DNA from: a virus
Lineage: Duplodnaviria; Caudoviricetes
Virus record (IMG/VR): IMGVR_UViG_3300021400_000379
Location: 35,639 to 99,638 of that record
Direction: 5' to 3' (one strand)
DNA: 64,000 nucleotides
The notes beneath the pieces were generated by a model that worked only from the letters and a program-made list of their open reading frames with translations, did no database searches and was not told the origin of the DNA. Shown in pieces: positions 38,548-49,082 of the stretch. The translations under genes were made by a program, and so were the position numbers. How positions within the stretch are numbered: the stretch's first letter is position 1; each line of letters begins with the position of its first letter.

Positions 38548-40015
38548 CGGATCTGGACTTGAGTCTGAATACAGACATTGAGGTACTCTTACCCTCGGGG
38601 GTCCTATACGGCTTACCCACAGAGTAAAGATTCAGTTCATTCCTGAAATACTCCAAGAAGTCATGATGTCTCAGCGGGTGTACATATCTGGCTCTGCAAT
38701 ATATCTCGTATTTTGCATAAAGCTCAACGGTAGACCGCCCGTCAATATCCGACGCGAGTCTGCTGCGGTCCTTGATCTGTCCGAATTCCTCGAGGAGGAA
38801 CTCGGATATGGGGTCTTGAAGTGCAAAGTGGGCAGTCTCCTCGTTCATATCTTCGGACATGGGGGCTTTACATCCGTCAGCGAGGAAATCAAGGTATGCG
38901 TCAAAAGTTCTGTTAGCGAACCACGTCAGCGCAGTGGGGTCAAGAAGTTTATCCCTGATCTGGTCGTCCCAGCTCTGCTTGACACGGCAAGGGAAAATAT
39001 ACAGACGTCTGAGCATTCCCGAGGACCGGTCTCCGAAATCGGGCATACAATTGGTACAGAACCATAGTTTAGCGGTGGGTACGATGTGTTGCGGATTCTG
39101 GTATTTACGCTGAATCAGCACCTTCTTGCTGCCCTCTGAGATGTCCTTGATCATACTCCCCGCAATCTTGGTCTCCTTGCTGGGTCTGTTATCAGCCTCA
39201 CCGCAGAAATTGGCACGTTTGCCCTCGAGCATGGCGGGAGCATACTTGTCAGCCATGTCCGTCATAGATAATGCAGAGAAAGAGTGCTCGCTCATAAGCG
39301 TGGTCAGTACCATCTGCAGAGAGGTCTTACCTGTCTCTCCCCCTCCGTATAAGATGAATATGCCCGGAATCTTCAGGATCTCGGAATACATCGTGTATCC
39401 TGCAATACGGTAGAATGTCTCTCTGGTCGCGTCGTCGGGGATGATGTTCTTATAGACCTGCTCAACAGGGTGTTCTTTGAGGTTTGGATTGTACATGGCG
39501 TGTATCTGGAAGGATACGAAAACATAAGGGGTAAAAGGTAAAAGTTCCAAGGTGTCCATGTTAAGGACGCCGTTCTTGAATGCGATAAGTCCCATTTCCG
39601 AACTGTAGACACCTATGTCCTGATCATCGGGGGGCAAGGGTATATCCTCCACCCCATGGGTGTTGCGGTACTGTTTGAGCAGGTCCTTGAGCATACTGTC
39701 CTTCAATAGGGGCTTGTCGTTCCCCGAGAATCTGGAGGTTGCGTCATTGACAGCTCTGTATAACAGCTGCTCGATACCCTCTTCCGAGATCTGCACGTAC
39801 ACATATCCATTGAACTGGTATGCGCAGGTGCCTTGGAAGACAATCCAATTATCCTCCATATACCTCATGAGCTCATATGGATCCAAGGATGCTTTACCTC
39901 TGTTGGAGAAGCTTAGGATGTTGTAAGAGCTTGAAACAGGGTAATTTATAGGGTAAGGTACAATTTCTTGCGGGATGCCCGAGGGCATGTCGTCTTGTGG
40001 CGTAGGGTCATTCAT
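38519..40015 (-). CDS. D5/P4-like superfamily 3 helicase (no primase domain seen)
   Basis: IAFKNGVL, YGGGETGKT, FCTNCMP, DRSSGMLRR. Confidence 0.9.
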   Translation of the reverse strand: MNDPTPQDDMPSGIPQEIVPYPINYPVSSSYNILSFSNRGKASLDPYELMRYMEDNWIVFQGTCAYQFNGYVYVQISEEGIEQLLYRAVNDATSRFSGNDKPLLKDSMLKDLLKQYRNTHGVEDIPLPPDDQDIGVYSSEMGLIAFKNGVLNMDTLELLPFTPYVFVSFQIHAMYNPNLKEHPVEQVYKNIIPDDATRETFYRIAGYTMYSEILKIPGIFILYGGGETGKTSLQMVLTTLMSEHSFSALSMTDMADKYAPAMLEGKRANFCGEADNRPSKETKIAGSMIKDISEGSKKVLIQRKYQNPQHIVPTAKLWFCTNCMPDFGDRSSGMLRRLYIFPCRVKQSWDDQIRDKLLDPTALTWFANRTFDAYLDFLADGCKAPMSEDMNEETAHFALQDPISEFLLEEFGQIKDRSRLASDIDGRSTVELYAKYEIYCRARYVHPLRHHDFLEYFRNELNLYSVGKPYRTPEGKSTSMSVFRLKSRSGEDNADRKA

Positions 40016-40029
40016 GCTACCGACTTACC

Positions 40030-40380
40030 TTAATGTCAGGGAGTTATATAAGTCAATCGTAGTAGTCTGATAAGACTATTTTTTGTAGATATTATGCACA
40101 TTGACCAAATGTAGTAAATCCGTATTATCCCATACTACACATTTCTTTAAATACTCTTTATATAGCTTTATATACTCTGCTATTTTTTACATAATACGCA
40201 TATGAGGTAATATACAATATAATACATGTATGAGTATGTATATTACACATAATAAGTATTTGAAAATTAATTTTTACTACAACCTCAAATTGTGTGTATG
40301 GGGTATATAAAATTATTCATGATTTTCTTTATATATAAAATGGTAATAATATTTAAATAACACAATATATATTGTGCAAC
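40030..40380. other. AT-rich non-coding region, candidate replication origin
   Basis: Long AT-rich gap with GTAGTA/TACTAC repeats immediately upstream of the helicase genes. Confidence 0.45.
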
Positions 40381-40445
40381 TAGCCAAAGGTGCATGCTAC
40401 CAATCTTTGGGGGCCCCGAAGGAGACTCGGGGCCGATATTATTTT

Positions 40446-40988
40446 TCAAAGTTCTATGACTTCGCCGCAATGTGGACAGACGATTGTCTTTTTCTCGGTC
40501 TGCTCCTCGGGCTCATATACCTCTGCATCCTCTACGGTATCAGCAGTATCTCCGTTGTCCTCGGCAACCTCGGTATCATCCTCATCCATGATGGGGAACC
40601 ATTCGGCAAGGTCCTCTGCAAGGTCAAGATCCTTGATGATGAATTCTACCTTCTCGAAATCCCATCCCGAGTACTCCGCGGATTTATTGTCAACAAGTCC
40701 ATATTCCACGCTCTGCTTCTCGTTAAGGTGATCCAGGACCTTGACTGGTATCATATCATCATCTTTGACTCCGAGGGCCTTTAAAGCCTCATAGCGGGTA
40801 TGTCCCGCGATGATATTGTTATCCTTGTCAACGGCAATATCCTGGTTCATTCCGTACTTCTTGATTGACTCCTTGACCTTCGGAATACCATCCTCGTTAA
40901 TACGGGGGTTGTCAGGATTGGGTTTAAGATCCCCGAACCTGACTTCCTTGGTCTTGGCGAACACTATGACTGATTTTTTCTTAGCCAT
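40446..40988 (-). CDS. ParB/Srx N-terminal domain protein with C-terminal CPHC
   Basis: LKPNPDNPR, SIKKYG, IIAGHTR, DNKSAE. Confidence 0.85.
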   Translation of the reverse strand: MAKKKSVIVFAKTKEVRFGDLKPNPDNPRINEDGIPKVKESIKKYGMNQDIAVDKDNNIIAGHTRYEALKALGVKDDDMIPVKVLDHLNEKQSVEYGLVDNKSAEYSGWDFEKVEFIIKDLDLAEDLAEWFPIMDEDDTEVAEDNGDTADTVEDAEVYEPEEQTEKKTIVCPHCGEVIEL

Positions 40989-41025
40989 GGTATCAATGAT
41001 TACATTTGTAGTATTTAGTTTCAGA

Positions 41026-44000
41026 TCAAGACTTCTTATTACGGTGCGCAAGGAAATCTTTAGCAGAGTATGTCCTCTTAGCAGGAGGTTTTTCCTCTGG
41101 CTTCGCCTCTGTTTTTGTGTCCTTCTTACCGCCCTTGGTTGAGCGGGGAGTCTTTTTCTTTGTAGTTTTAGGCGCAGATTTATCTTTACCTTTATCCTCG
41201 GCGGGTTTATCCTCTGATTTGGGTTTAGCTACATCTTTGGGCCTGTGGGGATTCATACCTTCTGCGACCCTGTCGTCAGTCCATCTGGCCGTGAACGACC
41301 CCCAATCTGGATTCTTCTTGTCCCGTAATGCGTTAATCAGCATAGGTCCGCTAAGACCATTGTTCTTGTTAAGCATCTCTTGAGTAAATGCGTTACTTAA
41401 TCTATCACGTTCCTCGGGTGTATATTTATCCAGTTCATCCGAGAGGTCTTTACCCACTCTATCCCAGAAGGTCGTATTGAATAGTGTGACAAATGGGTCC
41501 CCAATTTCCGGTGATGTGGGGTCATTCATCATCTTTTCATATTCTGGCTTATACTTCCTCATCATCTGTTCAAGTATGAAATCTCTGACTTTTTTAGGTG
41601 CCCCCTCCATTCTCCCAGGGTCTGCCGACCATACTATGGGATCTACTTTACGTGCTTCCTCGCGATTCTTATTAGCAGAAATCCAGAATGCGCCCGCATC
41701 AGGAGATTTTTCAAGGTCCAATTCATAACTCGATTCTCCCCTAGGCTCATCTGGATTTATGCACTTGAACGCTCCTAACAATATGTTATCTTCGGGCACC
41801 TTCCCAAGGCTTGCACACATCGCTTTTCCCTTCTGACTGGGGGCCATAAGCGGATCCTTGACTCCCGCGCCGGGCCGGAAAGGCGTGTTATGTATCCTGA
41901 TCCCCGTCCAGAACAACTCATCTGCAAGTTTTTCTTTATTCTCTGGGTCTAATTTCCCTGCAATTTTTAAGAGTGACTTGCGTATATCCTTGGTAGCACG
42001 TTCAATCTTACTTGCAGTATCACCCGTTTTACGGTGATTGGGGTCATAATTACCGCCCTCGTTCAAAACTTCTAACAAGGTCTTGTCATTACTAAGTTTC
42101 TCGTTGAATATATTAAAGACTCCCAAATCACCCCCGCTTCCAAGGACACCTTGGCTCTTCAGAAAATCACGTACATCTTTAACACGTGGGATACCATTGT
42201 TAGGTATTGCTGCGCCATCCTCTGCGGGAATCATCTCATTCATGACAAGACTGAATAACGGTGACACCTTACGAATATCTTCTAATACCTTAGAACGGGC
42301 CTCGCCCTCCAACCCCCAAATATTATCGACCCATACCTTCTTCAGGTCATCCGCCTTAGATCCGAAAATTGGTGCGGATTTGTCTATACTTCCAGTCCCC
42401 CCGAAAATACTCCTAATTTTCTTTTTGCCCTCTTCGATTATATCTTCTTCACTCTGGGCCTTAGAGGGCTTTTGTTCTTCTTCTCCGTTACCGCTTGCGG
42501 GCTGGGAAATTTCAGGGGCTGATTCTCCACTGCCTCTCTCGTCCAATTGAAGTGCCCTGAATTTATCCGTGGGAGTCATGCCATAATCGCTGTCAATTGT
42601 AATTGTGCCTCCCTCTCCGCGAACGGGTAATCCAACTGATCCGCTCCTGGATTCGACCAGTATTGGCTTATCTCCGCGAGTGGAATTAAGTGTTTCAACT
42701 GTATCAATCAATCTATTTACATTGACCCGGTCACTGAGTTTTGTATCATTAGTATCCGGCCAGTGAGCATCTAAGCTATTCTTTACCGCTTCCCAACAAG
42801 CAAGATTTAATGTTTTTCCCTCTGTTAACGCCTCATTTACAATATTTTTGGAATTGGTAAACGGCGCAATAGCTTCCGCCACGTCTCCCGTATTATCGGA
42901 GTCTAAATATGAATAGAATTTTTTCAGTACATCCTCTGGAGAGATTAAACTGGATAACTGCTGTACTCCCGCGGTCTCTCTCGCGTACTTAGAGATGACC
43001 TCGGCGACATCTGTACCTGGGTCGAAGAAATTATTATCTGATTTATTCAAGACCCTTCTTGTGATCTCCTGATTGAAGGTATCCTTAAAAGCTCCAGACT
43101 CCAGAACACAGTCTGCCCAAGCAACATTCATGAGATTGCTTACAGCTTTATTGACCAAGCCCTTGGCGTTATCCTCTGCAGCTACCCGTGCTTTGAACTG
43201 TTTAACTACCTCTTCATGACCGGCAATCGGCACATGACGTCCCTTGGATTCATCTGCAATCTTTAAGAAATCATCTACACCATCTGCTCCGAATGGCGTC
43301 AGTCCTAATGTGCTTTGAGTAACATCTTGGTCATTTTCGGGATATAGGTATAACTTCAATGTACCCAGAGCGTCGGTATTGGCCCAATCAAAAGCCGTTT
43401 TATCGTATATTATACCCTGCTTAGCACAAGCTCCGCTGATAATCTGCCTATCATCTATTACTACATCGGGATTCAGATCCGTTACAGCCATGTACCCTGC
43501 GACCAAGTCGTCGTAATATTGATTAGCACCCCTAAGGTTGATATTCCATCTATTCTGGCGCTTAAGCCCGTTATCTACTTGTGTTACATTATACACTTCC
43601 GCATATGCACGGAGCTTAGCCCATTGCGATTTTATCCGTTCCTTCTCCTCGGGCGTGTCTGCCTTAGCATACTCTTCCCGCAATGTCGCGCACTTATTCC
43701 GCATAACTTCAAGATATGTGGTGTTACTGCATTTAGGACAGAATACGTATATTGATCCGGCTCTTGGCGTATCTCCTTTTCTCACGGCCTCGGGCAAACC
43801 GAGTCCTCTTGCGCTGCCGTCTCCAAGAATACTCCTCAGCTCCGGATCGGTATAACACTTAAGTACACCGACAGTGCCCCCATCTTTTTGAACATCATCG
43901 ATATAAGTCTGACAGTATAACTCAAATCCGAACTTCTTGTCGGGATTTGCTGTCTTTTTAGCAGGTGTTTTAACCTTGTCGGATTTTTCTTCCTGGACTT

Positions 44001-47000
44001 TGGGAGGAGTTGTGACAGCGGAGATATACTTATTTAACGCCTTCTTTGCGTACTTATCTCTCCACCAGATGTGCGCGAGAGCCTGCTCTGCCTTCACCCC
44101 CCCGCTTATTGACTGGATATGCTTGTATGACGCCTCCACGGATTTATTGAATACATCCTTGACGGTGACGGGCGGTTTTCCCTCCTGAACAGGATACACA
44201 AGGTCGCAACCCGCCGCAAAACTCCACATACCCTCCTTAGAGGTACGTGCTGTGAGAATATCCATGATTTTATTCTGGCATTTCACTAAACTGCCGTCTG
44301 GCGATATATATCCCAAAGCGGTAAGGTCTTTTAAATCGTCGCAAGCAACAGATATGAACTCGGAGGTAACCTCCGGTCCCAGACCTTTCTTTAAGAGAGG
44401 GCTGTACGCAATCTCGAAATTACCCGTGTGCAAGAACTGGTTCAGCCTGTTGCGCTTTTCTTTGGCATCTTTTGTATTTCCCAGAATCTTGGAGAGTATA
44501 CGGTCCTGGTCCGCGGAAGTATGCTCCACCTTTAACAGATAATCATCGATTTTTGAGGGAAGACGAGCATTGAACATGATCTCGTCTTGGGGCATCCTCA
44601 GCCCGCCCTTGTATTTCTGTTTCAGGTCCACCTCGTTAATCAATCCTGCTTTTAAGAGAATATCATACGGGTTGTCCTTGGCCCTTATTTTGGGGAGTTC
44701 ATTGATAAGTGTATCTACCATCCCTCCATCAATCTTGGGGTTATCCATATTAGACCCAGACGAGGTGTCAAGTGCGTCCCAGTCCAGCCTACCCAGATCC
44801 TTGCTGCATTTCGAATACAAATCTTCGACAATACAACTCTTGATGTACTCCTTTGTATCATTATTGATCCGGTTGCCCGCACTGTCCTTCAGGTCTCCGC
44901 TGACGACCTTTCCCGCGATATTATTAATCGCTAAATCCAGTTCTTGCCTACGTTTAATCTTCTCTAACCGGGTAAGTTCAACACGTTCACTCTGGCTCAT
45001 CGGGGTACCAGAATCATATTTACTGATCAGGTCGACATATCTGGCGTACAGTCCCCCCATCCTGTTCTTCGCAGAGGAACTGTCGGCCAAGTTGGAATCG
45101 CGACGTCTGCCGCTGAATATAGGATTGCCGTGATTATCCTTACCTACTGACCCCTCTATACCTCTGGCGCCCGGGAATAGATTAGCTACGGTGTACGTAT
45201 CCGCGTAGTCTTTAGCTCCCTCTATACCATGGGCTTCCATCCATTCGCGGAGAGAGTCTCTGGCATAGGGGTGGTACTGAACACCCTCTCCCCTCCAGTG
45301 GTACTTGGAGCACTCTTCTTTCTCCCACTCATCGATTTCCGCGTACAAGTCGGCATAATCCGGTGAATTACATACCGCAGATCTCTTCATTTGTGCACAT
45401 TCATGGATATCCATACATGCTAACGCATTATGATTGGTTACCCATGCGGGATCCATTGAAAGGTCCATCTCGGTATATCCGGGATGGTCCTCTGCAATCC
45501 TGTCCATTGCGCTCTCCAACTTATCCCTCTGGGAACGCCCATGCCCGTCCGCAGTATCTTTGGGGACCTCAATCCCCTGCCCAAGGTCATAAGTCTCGAT
45601 AGGGATTTCTGGATTGTTATGATTCAAAGTACGCATCGCGCCGCCGACTGGTTCGCGCTGGTGCTCCATGAGTCTTGACTGCTTCTCTCTGCGACTCAGT
45701 TCCCTCTTGGAAGGAGTGATCATATCCCCTTCCCTGGACCACATGCCTTTTTGATCTTTCAGTACCTCGTCCATGCCTCCAATCGCTTGATTATACAAAT
45801 CCAGCTGTGCTTTTAATGCACGGCGACGTTGAGCAGTCTTCTTATCGACAGGGTGTGTAATCGCTCTACCTGATGAATCTCTGGCGATATTTCCGTCGTC
45901 ATCATACTCGTACTCGTATCCATCGGTCAGGGCCTGCAGTTTCCTCTCTGCCTCGTCACGGAGCTGAACTACGGAATTATAATACCTCTGTGTTGCGTCC
46001 GCGGGATTTGGTACGAATTTTGTTAACTCATTTGCCCCAAGAGCTGCATAATGTGCGGTTAGCTGGGGGTCATTGAGAATTTTGTCCCTATAATGTGTGT
46101 CTATCCTCTGGCCCGTGTCTCCCGCAAGGGCATATTTGGCAAGTGCTTGCGTCGAAGTGTCGTCATACACACCCTTATACATGCATGTGAGTAACGCTGC
46201 TTTATCCTCGGGTGTGAGAAGATCTACTTTTTCATAAACTCCCATCGTGGGATTATATTGATACATCTTCGCATCAATTTTTGACGATATTGCAGATCTC
46301 TCTTCTTTGGGGACTAATTTATTAAATTCATCCCGAGAATACGCATTAAAGTTCTGCTTAAGCCCATAGCTGTACTCACACGCATCCTTCATCTTCTGCA
46401 ACCCTTCGGTAAGCGCAGTAGATGTAAAATGCAAGTCCTTGGTCATCATCGCCTCTTTAAGATTCCCTAGACCTTCAATGACCTTTTGGTCGGGGTCGAT
46501 TCCATATCTCCTTTTCACGGCGTCTTTGAATGAGCCTACTCCGTCTCCGAGAATACGAAGAGAGTTAAACGACGCATCCACAGCCGTTCCAGCCGCACCC
46601 AGCAGATCACCGTTAAGTAGCTCATGGACTTGGCTCCTGAGTGAACCCAGTGCACGGGCTAGATTTGTATCGAGATTTGAATTCGCAAAAGTTTCCGCGA
46701 GAGTTACACCTGCGGTTTTTACTTTATCCCACGTACTTGTAGACTCCGTCTTATACTCTGGGTCCTTCTCGACATCATCAACTACTTCTTCAGAGGAGTC
46801 GCCCTTCTCCTTGTAACTCTCCCCCTCTAGATAATAATCCGCCCCGCCAGTATTGACTTTCTTCCTCCTGGATGCGTCTACCTCCGGCCCAAACTCGGGA
46901 GTGTTCTCCTCTTTTGGTTGTAAATCCTCCTTGGTAGGGTATACCCCAGTAGCTGAGCCCGCACCGGTAGTTTTCGCGCCCGACGTAGGCTTAGGCTTAG

Positions 47001-47247
47001 GCTCAGGCTGTTCCTTCTTGTCAGCCGTAGCTTCAGGAGTCTTGCCCGTAGATTTGGGATCGGTATCTACCACTTGTCCCTTAGGAGAAGGTGCGGGGTT
47101 TGGCACCTTAGGATTTGTCGGAGTTTTATCTTTTTCAGATGTTTCATCTAAGACTGACGCTTTTTCAGCTTTTATAATAGCATCTGTGGATTCCTGAACC
47201 TCATCAAGTGCTGGAGAGTTATCTGTTGGTGGAGAGGCATCAGCCAT
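41026..47247 (-). CDS. 2073-aa hypothetical protein, possible internal virion/ejection protein
   Basis: Uninterrupted ORF; charged; low-complexity termini; no motif recognised. Confidence 0.8.
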   Translation of the reverse strand: MADASPPTDNSPALDEVQESTDAIIKAEKASVLDETSEKDKTPTNPKVPNPAPSPKGQVVDTDPKSTGKTPEATADKKEQPEPKPKPTSGAKTTGAGSATGVYPTKEDLQPKEENTPEFGPEVDASRRKKVNTGGADYYLEGESYKEKGDSSEEVVDDVEKDPEYKTESTSTWDKVKTAGVTLAETFANSNLDTNLARALGSLRSQVHELLNGDLLGAAGTAVDASFNSLRILGDGVGSFKDAVKRRYGIDPDQKVIEGLGNLKEAMMTKDLHFTSTALTEGLQKMKDACEYSYGLKQNFNAYSRDEFNKLVPKEERSAISSKIDAKMYQYNPTMGVYEKVDLLTPEDKAALLTCMYKGVYDDTSTQALAKYALAGDTGQRIDTHYRDKILNDPQLTAHYAALGANELTKFVPNPADATQRYYNSVVQLRDEAERKLQALTDGYEYEYDDDGNIARDSSGRAITHPVDKKTAQRRRALKAQLDLYNQAIGGMDEVLKDQKGMWSREGDMITPSKRELSRREKQSRLMEHQREPVGGAMRTLNHNNPEIPIETYDLGQGIEVPKDTADGHGRSQRDKLESAMDRIAEDHPGYTEMDLSMDPAWVTNHNALACMDIHECAQMKRSAVCNSPDYADLYAEIDEWEKEECSKYHWRGEGVQYHPYARDSLREWMEAHGIEGAKDYADTYTVANLFPGARGIEGSVGKDNHGNPIFSGRRRDSNLADSSSAKNRMGGLYARYVDLISKYDSGTPMSQSERVELTRLEKIKRRQELDLAINNIAGKVVSGDLKDSAGNRINNDTKEYIKSCIVEDLYSKCSKDLGRLDWDALDTSSGSNMDNPKIDGGMVDTLINELPKIRAKDNPYDILLKAGLINEVDLKQKYKGGLRMPQDEIMFNARLPSKIDDYLLKVEHTSADQDRILSKILGNTKDAKEKRNRLNQFLHTGNFEIAYSPLLKKGLGPEVTSEFISVACDDLKDLTALGYISPDGSLVKCQNKIMDILTARTSKEGMWSFAAGCDLVYPVQEGKPPVTVKDVFNKSVEASYKHIQSISGGVKAEQALAHIWWRDKYAKKALNKYISAVTTPPKVQEEKSDKVKTPAKKTANPDKKFGFELYCQTYIDDVQKDGGTVGVLKCYTDPELRSILGDGSARGLGLPEAVRKGDTPRAGSIYVFCPKCSNTTYLEVMRNKCATLREEYAKADTPEEKERIKSQWAKLRAYAEVYNVTQVDNGLKRQNRWNINLRGANQYYDDLVAGYMAVTDLNPDVVIDDRQIISGACAKQGIIYDKTAFDWANTDALGTLKLYLYPENDQDVTQSTLGLTPFGADGVDDFLKIADESKGRHVPIAGHEEVVKQFKARVAAEDNAKGLVNKAVSNLMNVAWADCVLESGAFKDTFNQEITRRVLNKSDNNFFDPGTDVAEVISKYARETAGVQQLSSLISPEDVLKKFYSYLDSDNTGDVAEAIAPFTNSKNIVNEALTEGKTLNLACWEAVKNSLDAHWPDTNDTKLSDRVNVNRLIDTVETLNSTRGDKPILVESRSGSVGLPVRGEGGTITIDSDYGMTPTDKFRALQLDERGSGESAPEISQPASGNGEEEQKPSKAQSEEDIIEEGKKKIRSIFGGTGSIDKSAPIFGSKADDLKKVWVDNIWGLEGEARSKVLEDIRKVSPLFSLVMNEMIPAEDGAAIPNNGIPRVKDVRDFLKSQGVLGSGGDLGVFNIFNEKLSNDKTLLEVLNEGGNYDPNHRKTGDTASKIERATKDIRKSLLKIAGKLDPENKEKLADELFWTGIRIHNTPFRPGAGVKDPLMAPSQKGKAMCASLGKVPEDNILLGAFKCINPDEPRGESSYELDLEKSPDAGAFWISANKNREEARKVDPIVWSADPGRMEGAPKKVRDFILEQMMRKYKPEYEKMMNDPTSPEIGDPFVTLFNTTFWDRVGKDLSDELDKYTPEERDRLSNAFTQEMLNKNNGLSGPMLINALRDKKNPDWGSFTARWTDDRVAEGMNPHRPKDVAKPKSEDKPAEDKGKDKSAPKTTKKKTPRSTKGGKKDTKTEAKPEEKPPAKRTYSAKDFLAHRNKKS

Positions 47248-47382
47248 ATTTATCGTGTTGACATGGCATAATGGATATAAAATGTAGCGGATTTAACCCT
47301 CCGCCAGGGGTGGCATCCCAACCAACCAATAGAGTCAATCAAATGGCAAGCCTAGGATGCATATCTAGGATAAAAGAGTTGC

Positions 47383-47838
47383 TCAAGGCTCCGCAACCAT
47401 GATTTCAATGGGAATGGTGCGGACTTTGTCTTGTCCAAGCGCCTCTTTAAGGCGTGCAAGGAAATTCTCGGGGGTTCCGCCCCTGATGTGTGCCTTGTAA
47501 TACTCCCAAGCAATCTTGATTCCTGCTCCATTGGCCAAGATGACCCAGCTTGTTCCGTTTTTCAGCTGGAAAAGGGTTGCTTTACCGGTGATGGGGCCCT
47601 CAAATGGTGCAGGAGGACGCATAACTTGGATCTGGGTAACCCTTTTCTTGAATTCATAGTTGAAAAGTACGTCTTTCTGCTCATCTGTGAGGAAAGGGTC
47701 ATTGGAAATGTTCCAATCCATCTCGGTAATCATGGATTTATCCTCTTTTTCCTCAATCTGTTCGGTTTTCTCGGAAATTTCGGGAGTTTCGTCCTGAGTT
47801 TCCGCATAATTCTCGATATCTGTCTTCCTTCTAGCCAT
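47383..47838 (-). CDS. Hypothetical protein
   Basis: 151 aa; starts 1 nt after the upstream stop. Confidence 0.75.
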   Translation of the reverse strand: MARRKTDIENYAETQDETPEISEKTEQIEEKEDKSMITEMDWNISNDPFLTDEQKDVLFNYEFKKRVTQIQVMRPPAPFEGPITGKATLFQLKNGTSWVILANGAGIKIAWEYYKAHIRGGTPENFLARLKEALGQDKVRTIPIEIMVAEP

Positions 47839-47839
47839 T

Positions 47840-48400
47840 TTACCACTCCACTACGTCGTATTTGATCATCATTGCATCCAGCATGTACCTGAGAACGGCC
47901 ACACCGAGATGGTCTCCCCCCTTATCGAGGTCCAAATATGCCTTATAAAGCTTATCTGCACGCTCTTCAGCTTCTTTATCGTTGGTTGTACCATAAATGT
48001 CCGCTTTTCTGAATACATTCTGGTTCATCCACTGAGGGTCACCGGGGATTTCTGCCAGTACATCGGCAATCACGATGGTATGGTCACCTACGAATACCTT
48101 CGATTTATACACTTTGCCATAAAATCTCGCCAGAACGTTGATGGCGTTCTGCTTGACCATGACTCCCTCGATGTCTCTATTGCCTTTTAACAATACAAAC
48201 TGTACGGTTTTAGCATTTTTCTTCATTTTATCACGTCCCCGCACCGCCAAAGTGCGGATTGTGCTATAAGACTGTCCCGAAATTTCACAAATCTGGGTCA
48301 GATTATACCCTTCTGCAAGACATCTGGTGCAATATGCCTCTCCAGGTGACATCTTGTACACCTTTTGCAGTTGGATTTCTGTGAACCAAGGGTCAGTCAT
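47840..48400 (-). CDS. HTH transcriptional regulator (sigma70 region 4/LuxR-like)
   Basis: MSPGE...AEGYNLTQICEISGQSYSTIRTL; start ATG 48400 after TTTTATAA. Confidence 0.7.
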   Translation of the reverse strand: MTDPWFTEIQLQKVYKMSPGEAYCTRCLAEGYNLTQICEISGQSYSTIRTLAVRGRDKMKKNAKTVQFVLLKGNRDIEGVMVKQNAINVLARFYGKVYKSKVFVGDHTIVIADVLAEIPGDPQWMNQNVFRKADIYGTTNDKEAEERADKLYKAYLDLDKGGDHLGVAVLRYMLDAMMIKYDVVEW

Positions 48401-48451
48401 CAAGATAATTATTGAAATTCTCTTATAAAAATCGTTACATATGTAACGGGT

Positions 48452-48491
48452 TTCCCGTGAGAACCATGCCATGACCCCGTTCTCACGGGAA
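48452..48491. promoter_or_regulatory. 13-bp perfect inverted repeat (operator or small RNA)
   Basis: TTCCCGTGAGAAC-14 nt-GTTCTCACGGGAA between two TATA boxes. Confidence 0.6.
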
Positions 48492-48540
48492 TGAGGTATA
48501 CGCAATGCCTGCGCCAATTATAAAATTGGGATTTTGTTAT

Positions 48541-48786
48541 TTAAACATGCTCATCTAGCTGGCTTTTGAGTACATCTGCAAGGGCTTTGAGCTCATTATC
48601 ATACAGTGTGGTCCCTTTTCCTATGATTTTATGGTCCGGCCCCCACCGCCTGATCTCATACACGGGCGTTTTCCCCTCCCAGCTGACCTTATTAAACTCC
48701 AAAGTCCATCCGCGGGCATCGGTAGAGAGAGTCGCATAGTGCTCCAGTATCTCGAATTTGGCCTCGGACTTGAACTCATCCCTCAT
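48541..48786 (-). CDS. PC4/YdbC-family ssDNA-binding protein
   Basis: GWTLEFNKVSW...YEIRRW.PDH..GKG.TL. Confidence 0.9.
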   Translation of the reverse strand: MRDEFKSEAKFEILEHYATLSTDARGWTLEFNKVSWEGKTPVYEIRRWGPDHKIIGKGTTLYDNELKALADVLKSQLDEHV

Positions 48787-49082
48787 TCCACAATCACCCA
48801 GTCATCGGAAATCATGTCAGTCTGGCTGGCGAGCCACCCACAGAGCCTGGCCCGACGGTCGGATGAATTGGTGGTGTACATATCGATGTGGGGAAGGATC
48901 TCCACATACCCTTGTTCAATCTCTCTGGGGGTCGCAGCTTGTGCTCCGGTGCGGTCAACCCATTGATCCACGGGGATTCTGCGCCCCTCGACCAGATAGA
49001 CATACATTCCTTTACCATTCCACCCAAGGCGGGTCACTTTCTTTCCGGCCTTGAGAAAAGCCATCGCATCTCCGAAGTTCAT
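48783..49082 (-). CDS. tad2: DUF2829 / Thoeris anti-defence Tad2-like protein
   Basis: MNFGDA..LKAGKKV.R.GWNGKGM...W.ASQTD..SDDW. Confidence 0.85.
   Translation of the reverse strand: MNFGDAMAFLKAGKKVTRLGWNGKGMYVYLVEGRRIPVDQWVDRTGAQAATPREIEQGYVEILPHIDMYTTNSSDRRARLCGWLASQTDMISDDWVIVE

Noticed and set aside
40285-40470. 61-aa ORF in the AT-rich region
   Set aside because: No RBS, low-complexity translation, and it overlaps the end of the ParB-like gene.
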